Assembly: GCA_918797485.1 (NCBI GenBank)
Contig: CAKKNE010000003.1
Coordinates: forward strand, 3,782,001-3,846,000
Direction of reading: 5' to 3'
Source: Pelagomonas calceolata
Taxonomy: Eukaryota
DNA length: 64,000 nucleotides
Of this stretch, positions 48,848 to 59,027 are shown piece after piece. The notes beneath the pieces are model-generated. The model searched no databases and had not been told where the DNA came from. It saw only the letters and a list, made by a program, of their open reading frames with translations. Every line of letters begins with the position of its first letter. Within the stretch, counting starts at the first letter, position 1. A program made the translations under genes and the position numbers.

Positions 48848-49157
48848 AGTTGCGTCCGGGTGCGGCTTGCGTGCAAAGGCAGCGATTGATGCGCGGCACC
48901 GATCTGTTCTCTCGTTCCTCAAGGGGGGCTAAGTTTGCCCCCCATGCGTTCCTGTCGCGTGCAGCTAGCTGCTGTAAAGACACTAGCAAGGCCAGACACT
49001 GTCATGCCCGCCGTTACTTGTGTCGGTCGCCCCTGGGAGCGCTCTTGATTAGTATTAGCCTAGTATACCCATCAGAAAGCCGCCGGCCTGGTTGTCCTTG
49101 CCCGTCTTGCCATGTGCCGCCGTCGACCGATTGCCAAATATAGTACAACACTCATAC

Positions 49158-51320
49158 TTAACGCGAGTCACTACGACGCCGGCGCCCGCGGTCGCGCGAG
49201 CGCGAACGGTCTCGACGCCGCCGCCCTCGCGACCGCGACCGCGAGCGATCCGCATACGCCCCGGGCGGCGGCGGGCCGGACGGCATCTGCGGCGGCGCGA
49301 CGCCTTGCGTCTCGGACATCCAGGCCGGCCGGTTGTCGACGCCGCGGCCGCGCCCGCCACCGCCGCCGCCGCCGTAGTGCCCGTTGCCGCCGCTATCGCC
49401 GTAGTGCCCATTACTGCCGCCGCCATCCCCATAATGCCCGTTGCCGCCGCCGCCCTGGCCGCGGCGGCCGCCGCCAGACGAGAACTGCATCGACGAGCCC
49501 ATGTGCCCACCGCCGCGAACCATGGCCCTTAATTCATCAGGAACTTGTTGACCGGCGTCCTCCATCAGCTTAACTAACGGACCGGCCTTCCGGTCGTCCC
49601 GTTGCGTGAAGAAGGTGTAGGCGTTGCCCGTGGCGCCCGCTCTCCCAGTACGACCAATTCGATGCACGTAGTCCTCCACGTTGCCCGGAAAGTCGTAATT
49701 TATGACAGCGCGCACATCTTTAATATCCAAGCCCCGCGCCGCGACGTCCGTCGCGATGAGCACGGGACAGATGCCCACTTTAAAGGCCTCGATCGTTTGT
49801 GTTCTCTGATACTGGTCCTTGTCGCCGTGCATCGCTGAGCAGCGCAACTGCAGCAGGCGCGGCATGGACCGCTCGAGCTGGTCACATAAGCGCTTCGAAT
49901 TCGCAAAAACAATAATCCGACACGTTTGACCTTGAGCGGCCTCTACTTCTTTCCGCACGCACTCCGCGAGTAGTCTATCTTTATCCTGCGGTGATCTCGT
50001 CACGAAGACGTGCTGCGTCACGTCACTATTAGCTTTCAGCGAGCCCGACGTATCTCCGACATATATCACAACCTGTGTGAAAATCAAAATTTTACGGCAC
50101 GCCATCGACGCGACGCCTGCTCGATGGCACCCGACGCACTGGTTGATTTCCACACAGATCACCACGGGCTCACTCAAAAACTCCGACGCCAGCGACCGCA
50201 CCTCGCGCGGCCACGTCGCCGTGAAGAATAACGTCTGCCGCCGGTCGGGGCAGCGTTGTACGATGCGCCGAATTTGGGGCTCGAAGCCCATGTCGAGCAT
50301 CCTATCGGCCTCGTCAAAGACCAGGTAGCGACACGCGTACAGGTCGACCATCCCGGCCTCGAGGAAGTCGTTCAGGCGCCCGGGCGTGGCGATGCACACG
50401 TGCGCGCCTTGTCGTAAAGCAGCCATCTGCGGGCCTTTTGGGGCGCCCCCGTAGCAGCAGACGCTTTTCACGCCGAGCGGGCCGCCAAATTTCCGCGCCT
50501 CGTCCTCGATCTGCGTCGCGAGCTCGCGCGTCGGGGCCAAGACCAAGACCTTCGGCGCGCAGGCCTGGCACGGCCGCGGGTAGCCCTCGCCGCAAAGTAA
50601 TTTGAACGCCGGCACGAGGAAGCCTAACGTTTTGCCGCTGCCCGTTTTTGCGACGCCAATAACGTCTCTCCCTTGAAGGGCCGGAGGCCAGGCCTGGCCC
50701 TGGATGGGCGACGGCGTGGCGAAGCCGGCGGCTTTCAGCGAGGTATACAAGGCGGGCAGCAACGGCGCGTCCTCGAAGCGAGGAAAACAAGAATCGCAGC
50801 CGCCCGCGACCGTGATGTCCCGCTCGCGTCGCCACCGGAGCACGTCGGGCGGGCTCTCCAAATCTTTTTTTAACGAAGAGAGGTCCCCGCCGCGCTTCTT
50901 CGGTTGTGTAGAAGGCACGGAAAACTGCGGCGGCGGCCTTCCCATGCGCGACGCCGCGATGTGCGCCTGCACGGCGTCCCACGCGTCCTGGGCCTCCTCG
51001 GGCAAGGTCTGGGCCGAGGCGCCCTCGTAGTTCTGCGGTACCTGGGTTGAGGGCGGCAAGGGTTGTGCCGAGGCCGCTACGACGGGTTCCGGTGCTTTCG
51101 GCGGCGTCCACGAGACCTTGCCCGTGCTATGTTCGTAGAAGTAGGTGTTGCCCGTCGTCGGGCAGCGGGCCGGCGACCAGCCTGCCGGGAGGCCGGGCAT
51201 CGCTGGTGGCGGCGGTGGCTGCGCGGCCTGCTGCGGCTGCGCGTAGCTCTGCGGCGCTTGCCCGGCGTAGGCGGCCTGCTGTTGACCATAACTGGCGCCG
51301 TTGGCGTAGCCGCCGTACAT
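49158..51320 (-). CDS. DEAD-box RNA helicase, DBP2/DDX5-like with N-terminal WW domain (plant RH14-like); intron 50073-50165
   Basis: LPAGW......YFY....VSW (WW); PSPIQ; AKTGSGKT; PTRELA; DEAD; TAT; ARGLD; HRIGRTGR; Gly-rich and RS tail. Confidence 0.93.
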   Translation of the reverse strand: MYGGYANGASYGQQQAAYAGQAPQSYAQPQQAAQPPPPPAMPGLPAGWSPARCPTTGNTYFYEHSTGKVSWTPPKAPEPVVAASAQPLPPSTQVPQNYEGASAQTLPEEAQDAWDAVQAHIAASRMGRPPPQFSVPSTQPKKRGGDLSSLKKDLESPPDVLRWRRERDITVAGGCDSCFPRFEDAPLLPALYTSLKAAGFATPSPIQGQAWPPALQGRDVIGVAKTGSGKTLGFLVPAFKLLCGEGYPRPCQACAPKVLVLAPTRELATQIEDEARKFGGPLGVKSVCCYGGAPKGPQMAALRQGAHVCIATPGRLNDFLEAGMVDLYACRYLVFDEADRMLDMGFEPQIRRIVQRCPDRRQTLFFTATWPREVRSLASEFLSEPVVICVEINQCVGCHRAGVASMACRKILIFTQVVIYVGDTSGSLKANSDVTQHVFVTRSPQDKDRLLAECVRKEVEAAQGQTCRIIVFANSKRLCDQLERSMPRLLQLRCSAMHGDKDQYQRTQTIEAFKVGICPVLIATDVAARGLDIKDVRAVINYDFPGNVEDYVHRIGRTGRAGATGNAYTFFTQRDDRKAGPLVKLMEDAGQQVPDELRAMVRGGGHMGSSMQFSSGGGRRGQGGGGNGHYGDGGGSNGHYGDSGGNGHYGGGGGGGRGRGVDNRPAWMSETQGVAPPQMPSGPPPPGAYADRSRSRSRGRRRRDRSRSRDRGRRRRSDSR
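50073..50157. mobile_element. Introner element, 85 bp
   Basis: atcacaac + ctgtgtgaaaatcaa ... ttgatttccacacag + atcaccac (TSD 7/8); appears in the ORF track as a VVI...VVI duplication. Confidence 0.9.
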
Positions 51321-51834
51321 TGTTATTGGAGCTGTTATGCGTGCCGCGCTGGCGGCGTCTGAGCAGTTCTTTGAGCAATGCGCGCTGGCGTCGCGTCGGC
51401 GTCGCGTGTGTGCTGCTCGTTCAGCGGTCTGGATAATGTAATATATTGCGACAGCGCTCGAGAAATGCAAGAGCTACTGCGGTATTGAATGAATTCGATA
51501 GTTTCTCAGTTTTGAGGACGTGTGCGCGTGATGCGCGGCCGTCGTCGACGATGCCAAGGCAAAGCTAGTATCGATACTACGCTAGCAAAATCGCGCGAAG
51601 CCGACGCTTCGAGCAGGCGATGGACTCCTCCAGATTCGACTGACTCCTCCTCGGCTGGCTTGCTGCTCCTTTGGTAAAGGTCTCACATCTCGCCAACGAG
51701 GATAAAAAACGAGCTGTCCTACACCCTCGCGGCCGCATAGCTGGATTCAAGGGTCGGCAGTGATCATAGACTTGCCAAAGTTCGCCGCGGGCAAACAACC
51801 ACTGCAAAAAACGCATCGATAAGCGACTCCAGCC

Positions 51835-53322
51835 ATGCTGCGCTCACCCCTGCTGCGAGCGGCCGCCGCCTCGCGCATTGCCGAGCGAGCCGCGACGCGC
51901 GTCACCACGAGACAAGCGTCGTTAACAAAGTTAGTGGCCACGATCGGCCCCGCGTCGGAAGAGGCCGAGCCGCTCCAGAAGTGCGTTACGGCTGGCATGC
52001 ACGTCATGCGGTTGAATTTTAGTCATGCCACGCCCGAGGAGTTCTTTTTGAGAGTGAACAACCTGGCCGCGTCGGAAGGCGGTGACTACGTCGCCAAGTT
52101 ACTGGATACGCGCGGCCCCGAGGTGCGGCTCGGCGGCCTCGCGATCTGCAAAGAAACGGACAATCGCAAGGCGAAAGTCTTGCTCGAGCAGGGCAATGAA
52201 CTGAAATTAACCACGGATCCGGCGTACGACGGCGCCGGCGACGCCCAGACGATGTACGTGAATTATGAAAGGATCGCGGCCAAGGTCAAGGTCGGCGACC
52301 AGGTGTTGTTAGATGACGGGTTGGTCACGCTCGACGTCACCGCGACGGACGGCAGCACGACGGTGACCACCAAAATAGCCAACACGAACGAAATTGGCGA
52401 GAGGAAGGGCGTGAATCTGCCGGGCGTGGCCCTAGATCTACCCGCGCTCAGTGCGAAGGACGAGAAGGACGTGGCCTTCGGCATCGAGAACGGCATCGAT
52501 GTGGTGGCGGCCTCCTTTGTCAGAGACGGGGCCGGTGTCGACGCCATCAGACAATTTATTGATAAAGAAGTAGCAAAACATCCGTCCGTGTACCCCGACG
52601 GCGACACGGTCCACATTTGTAGCAAAATAGAGTCGTTGGACGCGTTGCAGAACATCGACGACATCATCGAGAAGAGCGACGGGATCATGGTCGCGCGCGG
52701 CGACTTGGGGGTCGAGGTCCCGCTCGCCCAGATCGCCACGTGGCAGAAGACCGTCGTCGCCAAGTGCCGAGAGGCGGGCAAGCCCGTGGTGGTCGCGACG
52801 CAGATGCTCGAGTCGATGCAGAAGAACCCGCGGCCGACGCGCGCGGAGGTTGCGGACGTGACCAATGCCGCTCTGGACCTGGCCGACGCCGTCATGCTTT
52901 CAGGGGAGTCTGCAAATGGGGACTACCCGGATCTGGCTATCAGGACGCAGCAGGATATCCTCGAGGCGGCCGAGGCGTGGGACGACGAGCTCTATGAACC
53001 TGATTTAGATGAGTTATCACCAGAGTATGCTTTAGCGAGGGCTTGTGTCGAGGCGCAACGAGTGTCAGATGCTGATTCGATCGTGGTCATCGACACGGAG
53101 CGGGGCGACATGACGCGGCGCGTCGCTGCCCTCGCTCCGGACGTGCCGGTCATTTCATTGGTGGAGTCGATGCGCGTCGGGCGCCAGCTCAACATGTCGC
53201 GGGGCGTCGCGCCGCAGTGCGTCGACGATCTGGGGTTGTCGAGCGACGCGGCGGCGCAGTACGCTTCTGGTACCGTCGTTGTGTACAAATCGGACGGCGT
53301 GTCGCTGCACGAGAAGCCGTAA
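51835..53322 (+). CDS. PYK: Pyruvate kinase, probable mitochondrial presequence
   Basis: TKLVATIGPAS; RLNFSH; LDTRGPEVR; KGVNLPG; SKIES; DGIMVARGDLGVE; ATQMLESM..NPRPTRAE; MLSGESA. Confidence 0.96.
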   Translation: MLRSPLLRAAAASRIAERAATRVTTRQASLTKLVATIGPASEEAEPLQKCVTAGMHVMRLNFSHATPEEFFLRVNNLAASEGGDYVAKLLDTRGPEVRLGGLAICKETDNRKAKVLLEQGNELKLTTDPAYDGAGDAQTMYVNYERIAAKVKVGDQVLLDDGLVTLDVTATDGSTTVTTKIANTNEIGERKGVNLPGVALDLPALSAKDEKDVAFGIENGIDVVAASFVRDGAGVDAIRQFIDKEVAKHPSVYPDGDTVHICSKIESLDALQNIDDIIEKSDGIMVARGDLGVEVPLAQIATWQKTVVAKCREAGKPVVVATQMLESMQKNPRPTRAEVADVTNAALDLADAVMLSGESANGDYPDLAIRTQQDILEAAEAWDDELYEPDLDELSPEYALARACVEAQRVSDADSIVVIDTERGDMTRRVAALAPDVPVISLVESMRVGRQLNMSRGVAPQCVDDLGLSSDAAAQYASGTVVVYKSDGVSLHEKP

Positions 53323-53852
53323 GAAGTTTAGGTAATTATCTTAGTAATGGGGCGAAACCCGTCTTGCTGACCGCGCACAGTGTGCGGAATTCGGGCAACC
53401 TGAACCCGATTTTTGGGCACAGCCAGTGACAAAAACCGACGAGCCGCGGCACGTAGTCACGGTTTTGATAAGAAGAAGTCATCATCATATATAGCGGACG
53501 CTACGGTAGAGAACCGCAACGACCGGAAAACCGCACAAACTCGACAAATGGCCATGCACCTGAAGCGCTCGCGCCACGCGGGCCGCGTGTCGCACCGGTA
53601 CTCCACCATATCGGAGGCCGCCACTTGCTAGGGCCGCAGGCCCAGGACGCCGTCGCGCCTGATGAGGCCGGCGGCGCCCGCCGACTCATGTCGGTACTTT
53701 CGACGCCGTCGACGCTAGAGCGGACGGCGTCGACAAATTTTTAGACGACCTTGTGTCAAAACTCTCGTGGCAGCCCGTCGACCTCTTGAGGACGACGGTG
53801 TCGCCGCACACCCTCTTCGTCCGCCGACCTATGCCGGCAGGCGTCATTGAGT

Positions 53853-54077
53853 GCGCTCAGACGACCTGGACGCACACCACACGCTGACGACGTGTGGACC
53901 ATCTAGTCGCCGCCGGCCGCGCAAGCGGCCGGCGGCGGCGCCAACACGGCAAAAGACAAGGAAGGCGATTTGCCGCGCGCACACCATCAAGCCTCCATGG
54001 CGCCGCCGAGCCGAGCAGACGCGACGCTGGACGCGCTCAGATGACCTGGACGCAAACCACACGCTGACGACGTGTGG
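53853..54077 (+). repeat. 45-bp direct repeat pair, 180-bp spacing
   Basis: gcgctcaga(c/t)gacctggacgca(c/a)accacacgctgacgacgtgtgg at 53853-53897 and 54033-54077. Confidence 0.85.
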
Positions 54078-56036
54078 CACCACCACCCAATCGATGCCCT
54101 CCCCTCGACTACTACGAGAACCGCGGCGGTTTCGGTGGACGCGCTGCGTCCTCCGTCGCCATGATGTTTCGTACGAGGGTGCCGTGTCGCCGCCGCACCA
54201 GGGAGCCGCCGTCGCCCGGTTCCAGGGCGCCGACTGCTCTTCGGCGCGGCAAAAAAGATAAGCCGCTCTCTCGATGCGATGATCCATCCCCTTGCTGTTC
54301 AAATCCCCCCCGACGTCCCCAAAGGCACCCCCACGAAATTGAGCTCGCGAGGATGCCTTGTCGGAACACGAGTACCGCTCTTTGACGGCGCATGCCGTCT
54401 AGCACTTGAAGCCACCTCTCCCGCCGAACGCGCGGTGCCCTGCTCACGACACACCAAGTGGAGTAAAGTGTGAATCTAAAATCGTAGTCTACGCGACGAC
54501 TGCGTCTTGAGGGATAGTTAAGCGGGCCCCCCTATACAAAGAAGAGCCAAACCGAGCTAGCGTATATCGACACACTAGTAAATTTAAAGATACGCCTCGA
54601 TAGCGTCAAAAGAAGGGCCCAAATTCAGAATACATCCTAGTCGTTCGGCGCGACCAAAGATTTCAAACTAGCGGCCCGGGAACATACCCTCGCGCCTCCC
54701 GGAAGGCACCGCCCGCGACATTCCCGGATGAGTCTTACGGCTCGCCAAATTACACCAGCGATTGATGGCGCCTTCTACCGTCCAAATGGGACATTATATC
54801 AACTCCAGCCCAGTTTTCATACATAATCGACGGAACCGGAGCCGACGGCCCGCGCTCGGAGGGCGGGAGAAGAGTTTTACTAGACAACTCCCGAGTTTAT
54901 GTTCGTTTCCATCCGTTTGTTAGTGGTAGAGTCCATCCAGCCCGCCTCAACATTTACTGAGCCCAGTCTCTTGATCCGTACGAGCCGCGGGATTCGGCGA
55001 CTTTGGTACCGCGCATTTATATACAAACGGGTAAATCAGTAGAACCCGCGAGTATCAGCGACGCAACCATCCAGATGGACCGTAACGCCGTTGTTCTATT
55101 CACAATCGACTGACTTGCCCGTTCTCCGCGGACGACGGTGTGTACGCGGGGCACTGAATTGGCCCCAGACCGGTGAGTTGTGAAATAAATTCGCGTTTCA
55201 GGCGCTTCGGTTCTAGGACGGTCCATCCATTTGGGCTGGACGGCTACCACATTGCTCCGAGACCCCAAGATGCTCCGCGCGGCTCGGCCATCCCGAGAGC
55301 CCACTATCTCTTTCATTTTGGCACAACACCTAGTCCTGCGGCCATCAGCGCGTGTACCTTCACCATGGACCATGACGCGATCATTTATTCCATGACCGAC
55401 GGACTTCCGCGAGGTCCAGATCAAGATGTTCACGTCCCGAGCGTTGGCAGTCCAAAGTACCCTTCTCGTGGTGTAGATGTCATATACTTGTAATTGACTA
55501 TCGCTGGGGTAGTATGGGGTCCAACGAGACCGCTACGGCGACTACTGGAGGCCCTCGGGTAATTGACGTTTTTTACGGGAACGGGGCGCCATCGGGTCCA
55601 AATTATTTACTTTTTTCGGATGTATATCGGCTCGCAGACTCCCTCCGGGATAGGTCTGGGGTCGGTTAGTCGCCTACACCGCAAGCGCAAGCGCTTGGGG
55701 CTCCCCAGAGAGCTCTGGATCCAAAACTTTGGGGGATCATGGTGGAGATCTGTGGGCAGTTGAGCACCTGTCCCGATATGTCTATACCGATGGAAGCCTT
55801 GGCGCATGCGGTGTAGACCACCACCCACGTCTAGTAACGACCTAGGCGACCCCGGGGAGACCTCAGGACAACGAATCGACAGGATTCCACCGACACGGCC
55901 GTCATGCTGTGACCGTCAATATCGCGAGTTAAAAAAATTAATTTTTTCGCCCCCCAGTAAGTGTCCCATTGATCTCTTTGGACCAGTAGCGAACTGAAGG
56001 ATACTCGAAAAGCTGCATGGCACATTTCGTTTTGCT

Positions 56037-56061
56037 TGCTAGTGTCTTACGAGACGCTAGC
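56037..56061 (-). promoter_or_regulatory. Conserved CTAG-n-CTAG motif copy
   Basis: tgctagtgtcttacgagacgctagc, 75 bp upstream of the fucosyltransferase ATG. Confidence 0.5.
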
Positions 56062-56135
56062 ATCAAAAAGCGCATCGACCGAGAAAAGGCAGCCCATCGA
56101 TCGCGTGGGGACGCGGGGCAGCCCCACCGACACAT

Positions 56136-57488
56136 ATGCGCAACAGAGTCGCCGCGGCGGCGGCCATCGTTCTCGCAATCGTCCTCCTCCGCCGCCAGCG
56201 CAGCCGGACCATTACAGCACACCGGCGGGACCTGGCGCATGTCAAATTCGAGGTCCATCTCCTGGAAAAGCAGCTCGAGCTCGCGGGGCTCGAGGCCGAC
56301 GCATCGCGCGCCCGCCACGAGCGGGACCTCCGGCAGGCGGCCGTCGACGCAGCACAAGAGCTGTCGAGCGCGCCCGCGGCGGCCGCGCAACCGCCCGCGG
56401 CGCCAGCGGCGCGGGCGCCGCCGCCGCCGGTGGCGCCCGCGCCGCCGCCGCCGCGTCCACCAGCGACGCCGGCGGCGCCCGCGCCGCCGCCCGCGACACC
56501 ACGGCCACCACCAGCAACGGGCCCGCTGACCTACCTGCGGGACCCCGCGTCGAATGCCCCGCGCCGCCGCATCACGGTCGTCGTCTACAACAAAATTAGG
56601 GGCTACCTCGACTGGCTCCGGCCGGACTTCGTGAACGACGCCCGCACAAAGTGCTCGACGGAGTGCGTTTTCACGGACCGACGGACGGCGCACGACGGCC
56701 TATTGTTCCACGCGAAAACTCATTCCGCACGAGACTTTCCCCGCGGCAAGAAGTCCGCGAAGTATCTACTGGTAAGTCTAGAACAGGACAAGTACGCGCC
56801 ACTACTGCGAAATCCGAACTACGTCTCGCGTTTCGACTACGTCATGACCTACAACCTCGATTCGCACCTGCCGATGATCACGGTGCACCCGCACTGGAAC
56901 GCTTCCGTGTACTTCGCGGCGCAAGGTGTACCCTGGGCGCAGAAGAAGAATGCGGTTGCGGCATTTGTGTCGAATTGTAGGAATGCCGGCGCGGAGCAGC
57001 GGCTGAAATTGCTCGAGGAACTCGGCAAGCACTACGAGGTCCATTCTTATGGAAGATGCTTACATAATCGGGACGAACCGCCGCTCAAAAAGGGCGAAAG
57101 CCGCGGCGAAGCCAAAAGGCGTCTATTGGCGTCGTACAAATTCTCATTAGCGTTCGAAAATGCCGTCGTCGGCGATTATGTGTCCGAGAAGGTCTACGAC
57201 GCGTTGCTGGCGGGTTCTCTACCGTTGTATAGGGGTGCAAAAAGAGTCGACGACCTGCTGCCGTCTCCGAAATCTGTGGTCAAATTCAGTGATTTCCAAG
57301 ACGACGCGCGGAAGCTCGCGGGCCATTTGGAGTACCTCGCTTCCAATGAACAGGCGTACGAGGAGTACTTCGCGTGGAAGCGGACTGGTGATATGGCGGC
57401 CTTCGACCGGGTCCTGGACATGACGGCTTATAAATATACGGCGCTGTGTCGAGTGTGCGCGCGGCTCGCGCAAGATCTACCTGTGTAA
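56136..57488 (+). CDS. Alpha-1,3/4-fucosyltransferase (GT10), type II membrane protein
   Basis: N-terminal TM, Pro-rich stem; FVSNC; VHSYGRC; YKFSLAFENA...DYVSEKVYDAL; YEEYFAW. Confidence 0.93.
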   Translation: MRNRVAAAAAIVLAIVLLRRQRSRTITAHRRDLAHVKFEVHLLEKQLELAGLEADASRARHERDLRQAAVDAAQELSSAPAAAAQPPAAPAARAPPPPVAPAPPPPRPPATPAAPAPPPATPRPPPATGPLTYLRDPASNAPRRRITVVVYNKIRGYLDWLRPDFVNDARTKCSTECVFTDRRTAHDGLLFHAKTHSARDFPRGKKSAKYLLVSLEQDKYAPLLRNPNYVSRFDYVMTYNLDSHLPMITVHPHWNASVYFAAQGVPWAQKKNAVAAFVSNCRNAGAEQRLKLLEELGKHYEVHSYGRCLHNRDEPPLKKGESRGEAKRRLLASYKFSLAFENAVVGDYVSEKVYDALLAGSLPLYRGAKRVDDLLPSPKSVVKFSDFQDDARKLAGHLEYLASNEQAYEEYFAWKRTGDMAAFDRVLDMTAYKYTALCRVCARLAQDLPV

Positions 57489-57506
57489 CACAATGTAGTA
57501 TACTTA

Positions 57507-58682
57507 CTAGGCGTTCTCGAGCGCGCAGACGACCTCGCCGAGCGTCGCGCCGCGCGCCATCGCGGCGTCGACGGCCGCGACGGCCGCGTCGTCCTTTCTT
57601 GATCGTTTTCCGTAGAGCACGCCGTAGGCGTTGAGGCACGCGCGCCGCGTCGCCGACTGCTGCTCGGCCGGCGTCAGGGGCGGCTGGACGCGGTCGAAGA
57701 TGTCCTGGAGGTCCGCGAAGTCTTGTTGCGCTCCTTTGGCTTGGCCGAAGGCCTCGCATTCGCCGACGGCGCCCGAGAGCGCCACGCAGGCCAAAGCTTC
57801 GGCATCGTCGCGCGTGTATGTACCGGTCTTGTAGTAGAATTCAACCCTTGGCCGGTCACCCGCTGAGTACTCGGCGACGGGCAGGCCGAGCCGGTAGCCC
57901 GCCACCAGATGCGCCGACTCGTGCCGGCGGCGGCGCTCCGAGGCGGCGAGGTCTTCAGCGGCACCGCGGACGATACCGTACAGCGCGACTATTACTCCAG
58001 GTGAACTGCTGCCGACACCAAGAAACACAATGGGTAGCACAGCAAATATGTACGTGAACGAGGCACCAACATTCCCTCCTATCAGAGCGCCTGACGCAAT
58101 CGCCAGAATTGCGGAGACGACGAACACACCCGCCGTCAACGCCCCGAGCTGGTCGTTCGAGACCTCCTCCTGGCTGAGAAGATCTTTTGCGCCGTTGATG
58201 CCCGTGGCGGCTCGAACCCTCGCCTCCGTGGGATTCTCCGCGCCGTCAGCGACGAGAGCGGCGCTGTTCCACTTCGTCGCTTGGCCCGCCTCCTTCAACG
58301 AACTAAGGGTGGACACGAAAGCCTCCCGCGACTTGTCGATGCCGGCGAACGCCGACGGCGCGAGGCCCGGCGTCGCGACGGCGACGGTCGCGGCCGGTGT
58401 GAGCGCCGCGGTCGCCGCCGCTGCCTTCTGTTCCGCCGCCGCCGCCACCGCAGCAGCTTTCTGTTGTTCCACGCGTGCTGATTCGAGGGCTACAGCCTCG
58501 GCTTGGGCTTCGGTTTCGAGCGCCGCGGCCTCGGCGCGAAGCTTATTCGCGGCTTCCAGCAATGCGGCGGCATCGTCATCGGCGCCTCGCAGCAGCGTAT
58601 GCCTTCGAGGCTGGACAAAGCGTGCTGGTGGCAGCAATGCGACCGTGGTGGCGAGCATGCATGTCACAGTCAGGAGCTGCAT
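57507..58682 (-). CDS. Plastid-targeted M41-like (FtsH protease-domain-only) membrane Zn-protease homolog
   Basis: Signal + transit-like N-terminus; two TM helices; RHESAHLVAGY..GLPV (HExxH); LSGAVGE...FG.AKG...D. Confidence 0.75.
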   Translation of the reverse strand: MQLLTVTCMLATTVALLPPARFVQPRRHTLLRGADDDAAALLEAANKLRAEAAALETEAQAEAVALESARVEQQKAAAVAAAAEQKAAAATAALTPAATVAVATPGLAPSAFAGIDKSREAFVSTLSSLKEAGQATKWNSAALVADGAENPTEARVRAATGINGAKDLLSQEEVSNDQLGALTAGVFVVSAILAIASGALIGGNVGASFTYIFAVLPIVFLGVGSSSPGVIVALYGIVRGAAEDLAASERRRRHESAHLVAGYRLGLPVAEYSAGDRPRVEFYYKTGTYTRDDAEALACVALSGAVGECEAFGQAKGAQQDFADLQDIFDRVQPPLTPAEQQSATRRACLNAYGVLYGKRSRKDDAAVAAVDAAMARGATLGEVVCALENA

Positions 58683-59027
58683 GCTTTATGCAGCTTGTCA
58701 GACTCAATTTATGCAAGGCTGATTCACGAAGCCGTGCAAGGATGATTGAGAACGGATTATAATAACGTGTTCGGCGTTGCCAGCTTGCGTGATCGTGTGC
58801 TGTCGCGCCTGACGTGTCAAAAAGGTTCGAGCTTGAGGCGTGCTAGAGGGGCTATAGCGCTAGCTCGGTTCGCGGGAAAGCGGGGGAGGCAGTTGGGAAG
58901 AGATATAAATGCAATACAATATCGACAAAAATGGATCTCGGCCGCGAAGACAGAGCACGCCGCGCACCGCGACACGAGAAACCAAGGATCGATATATGCT
59001 AAACTTATAAATAAAACGCCCCAGTCC

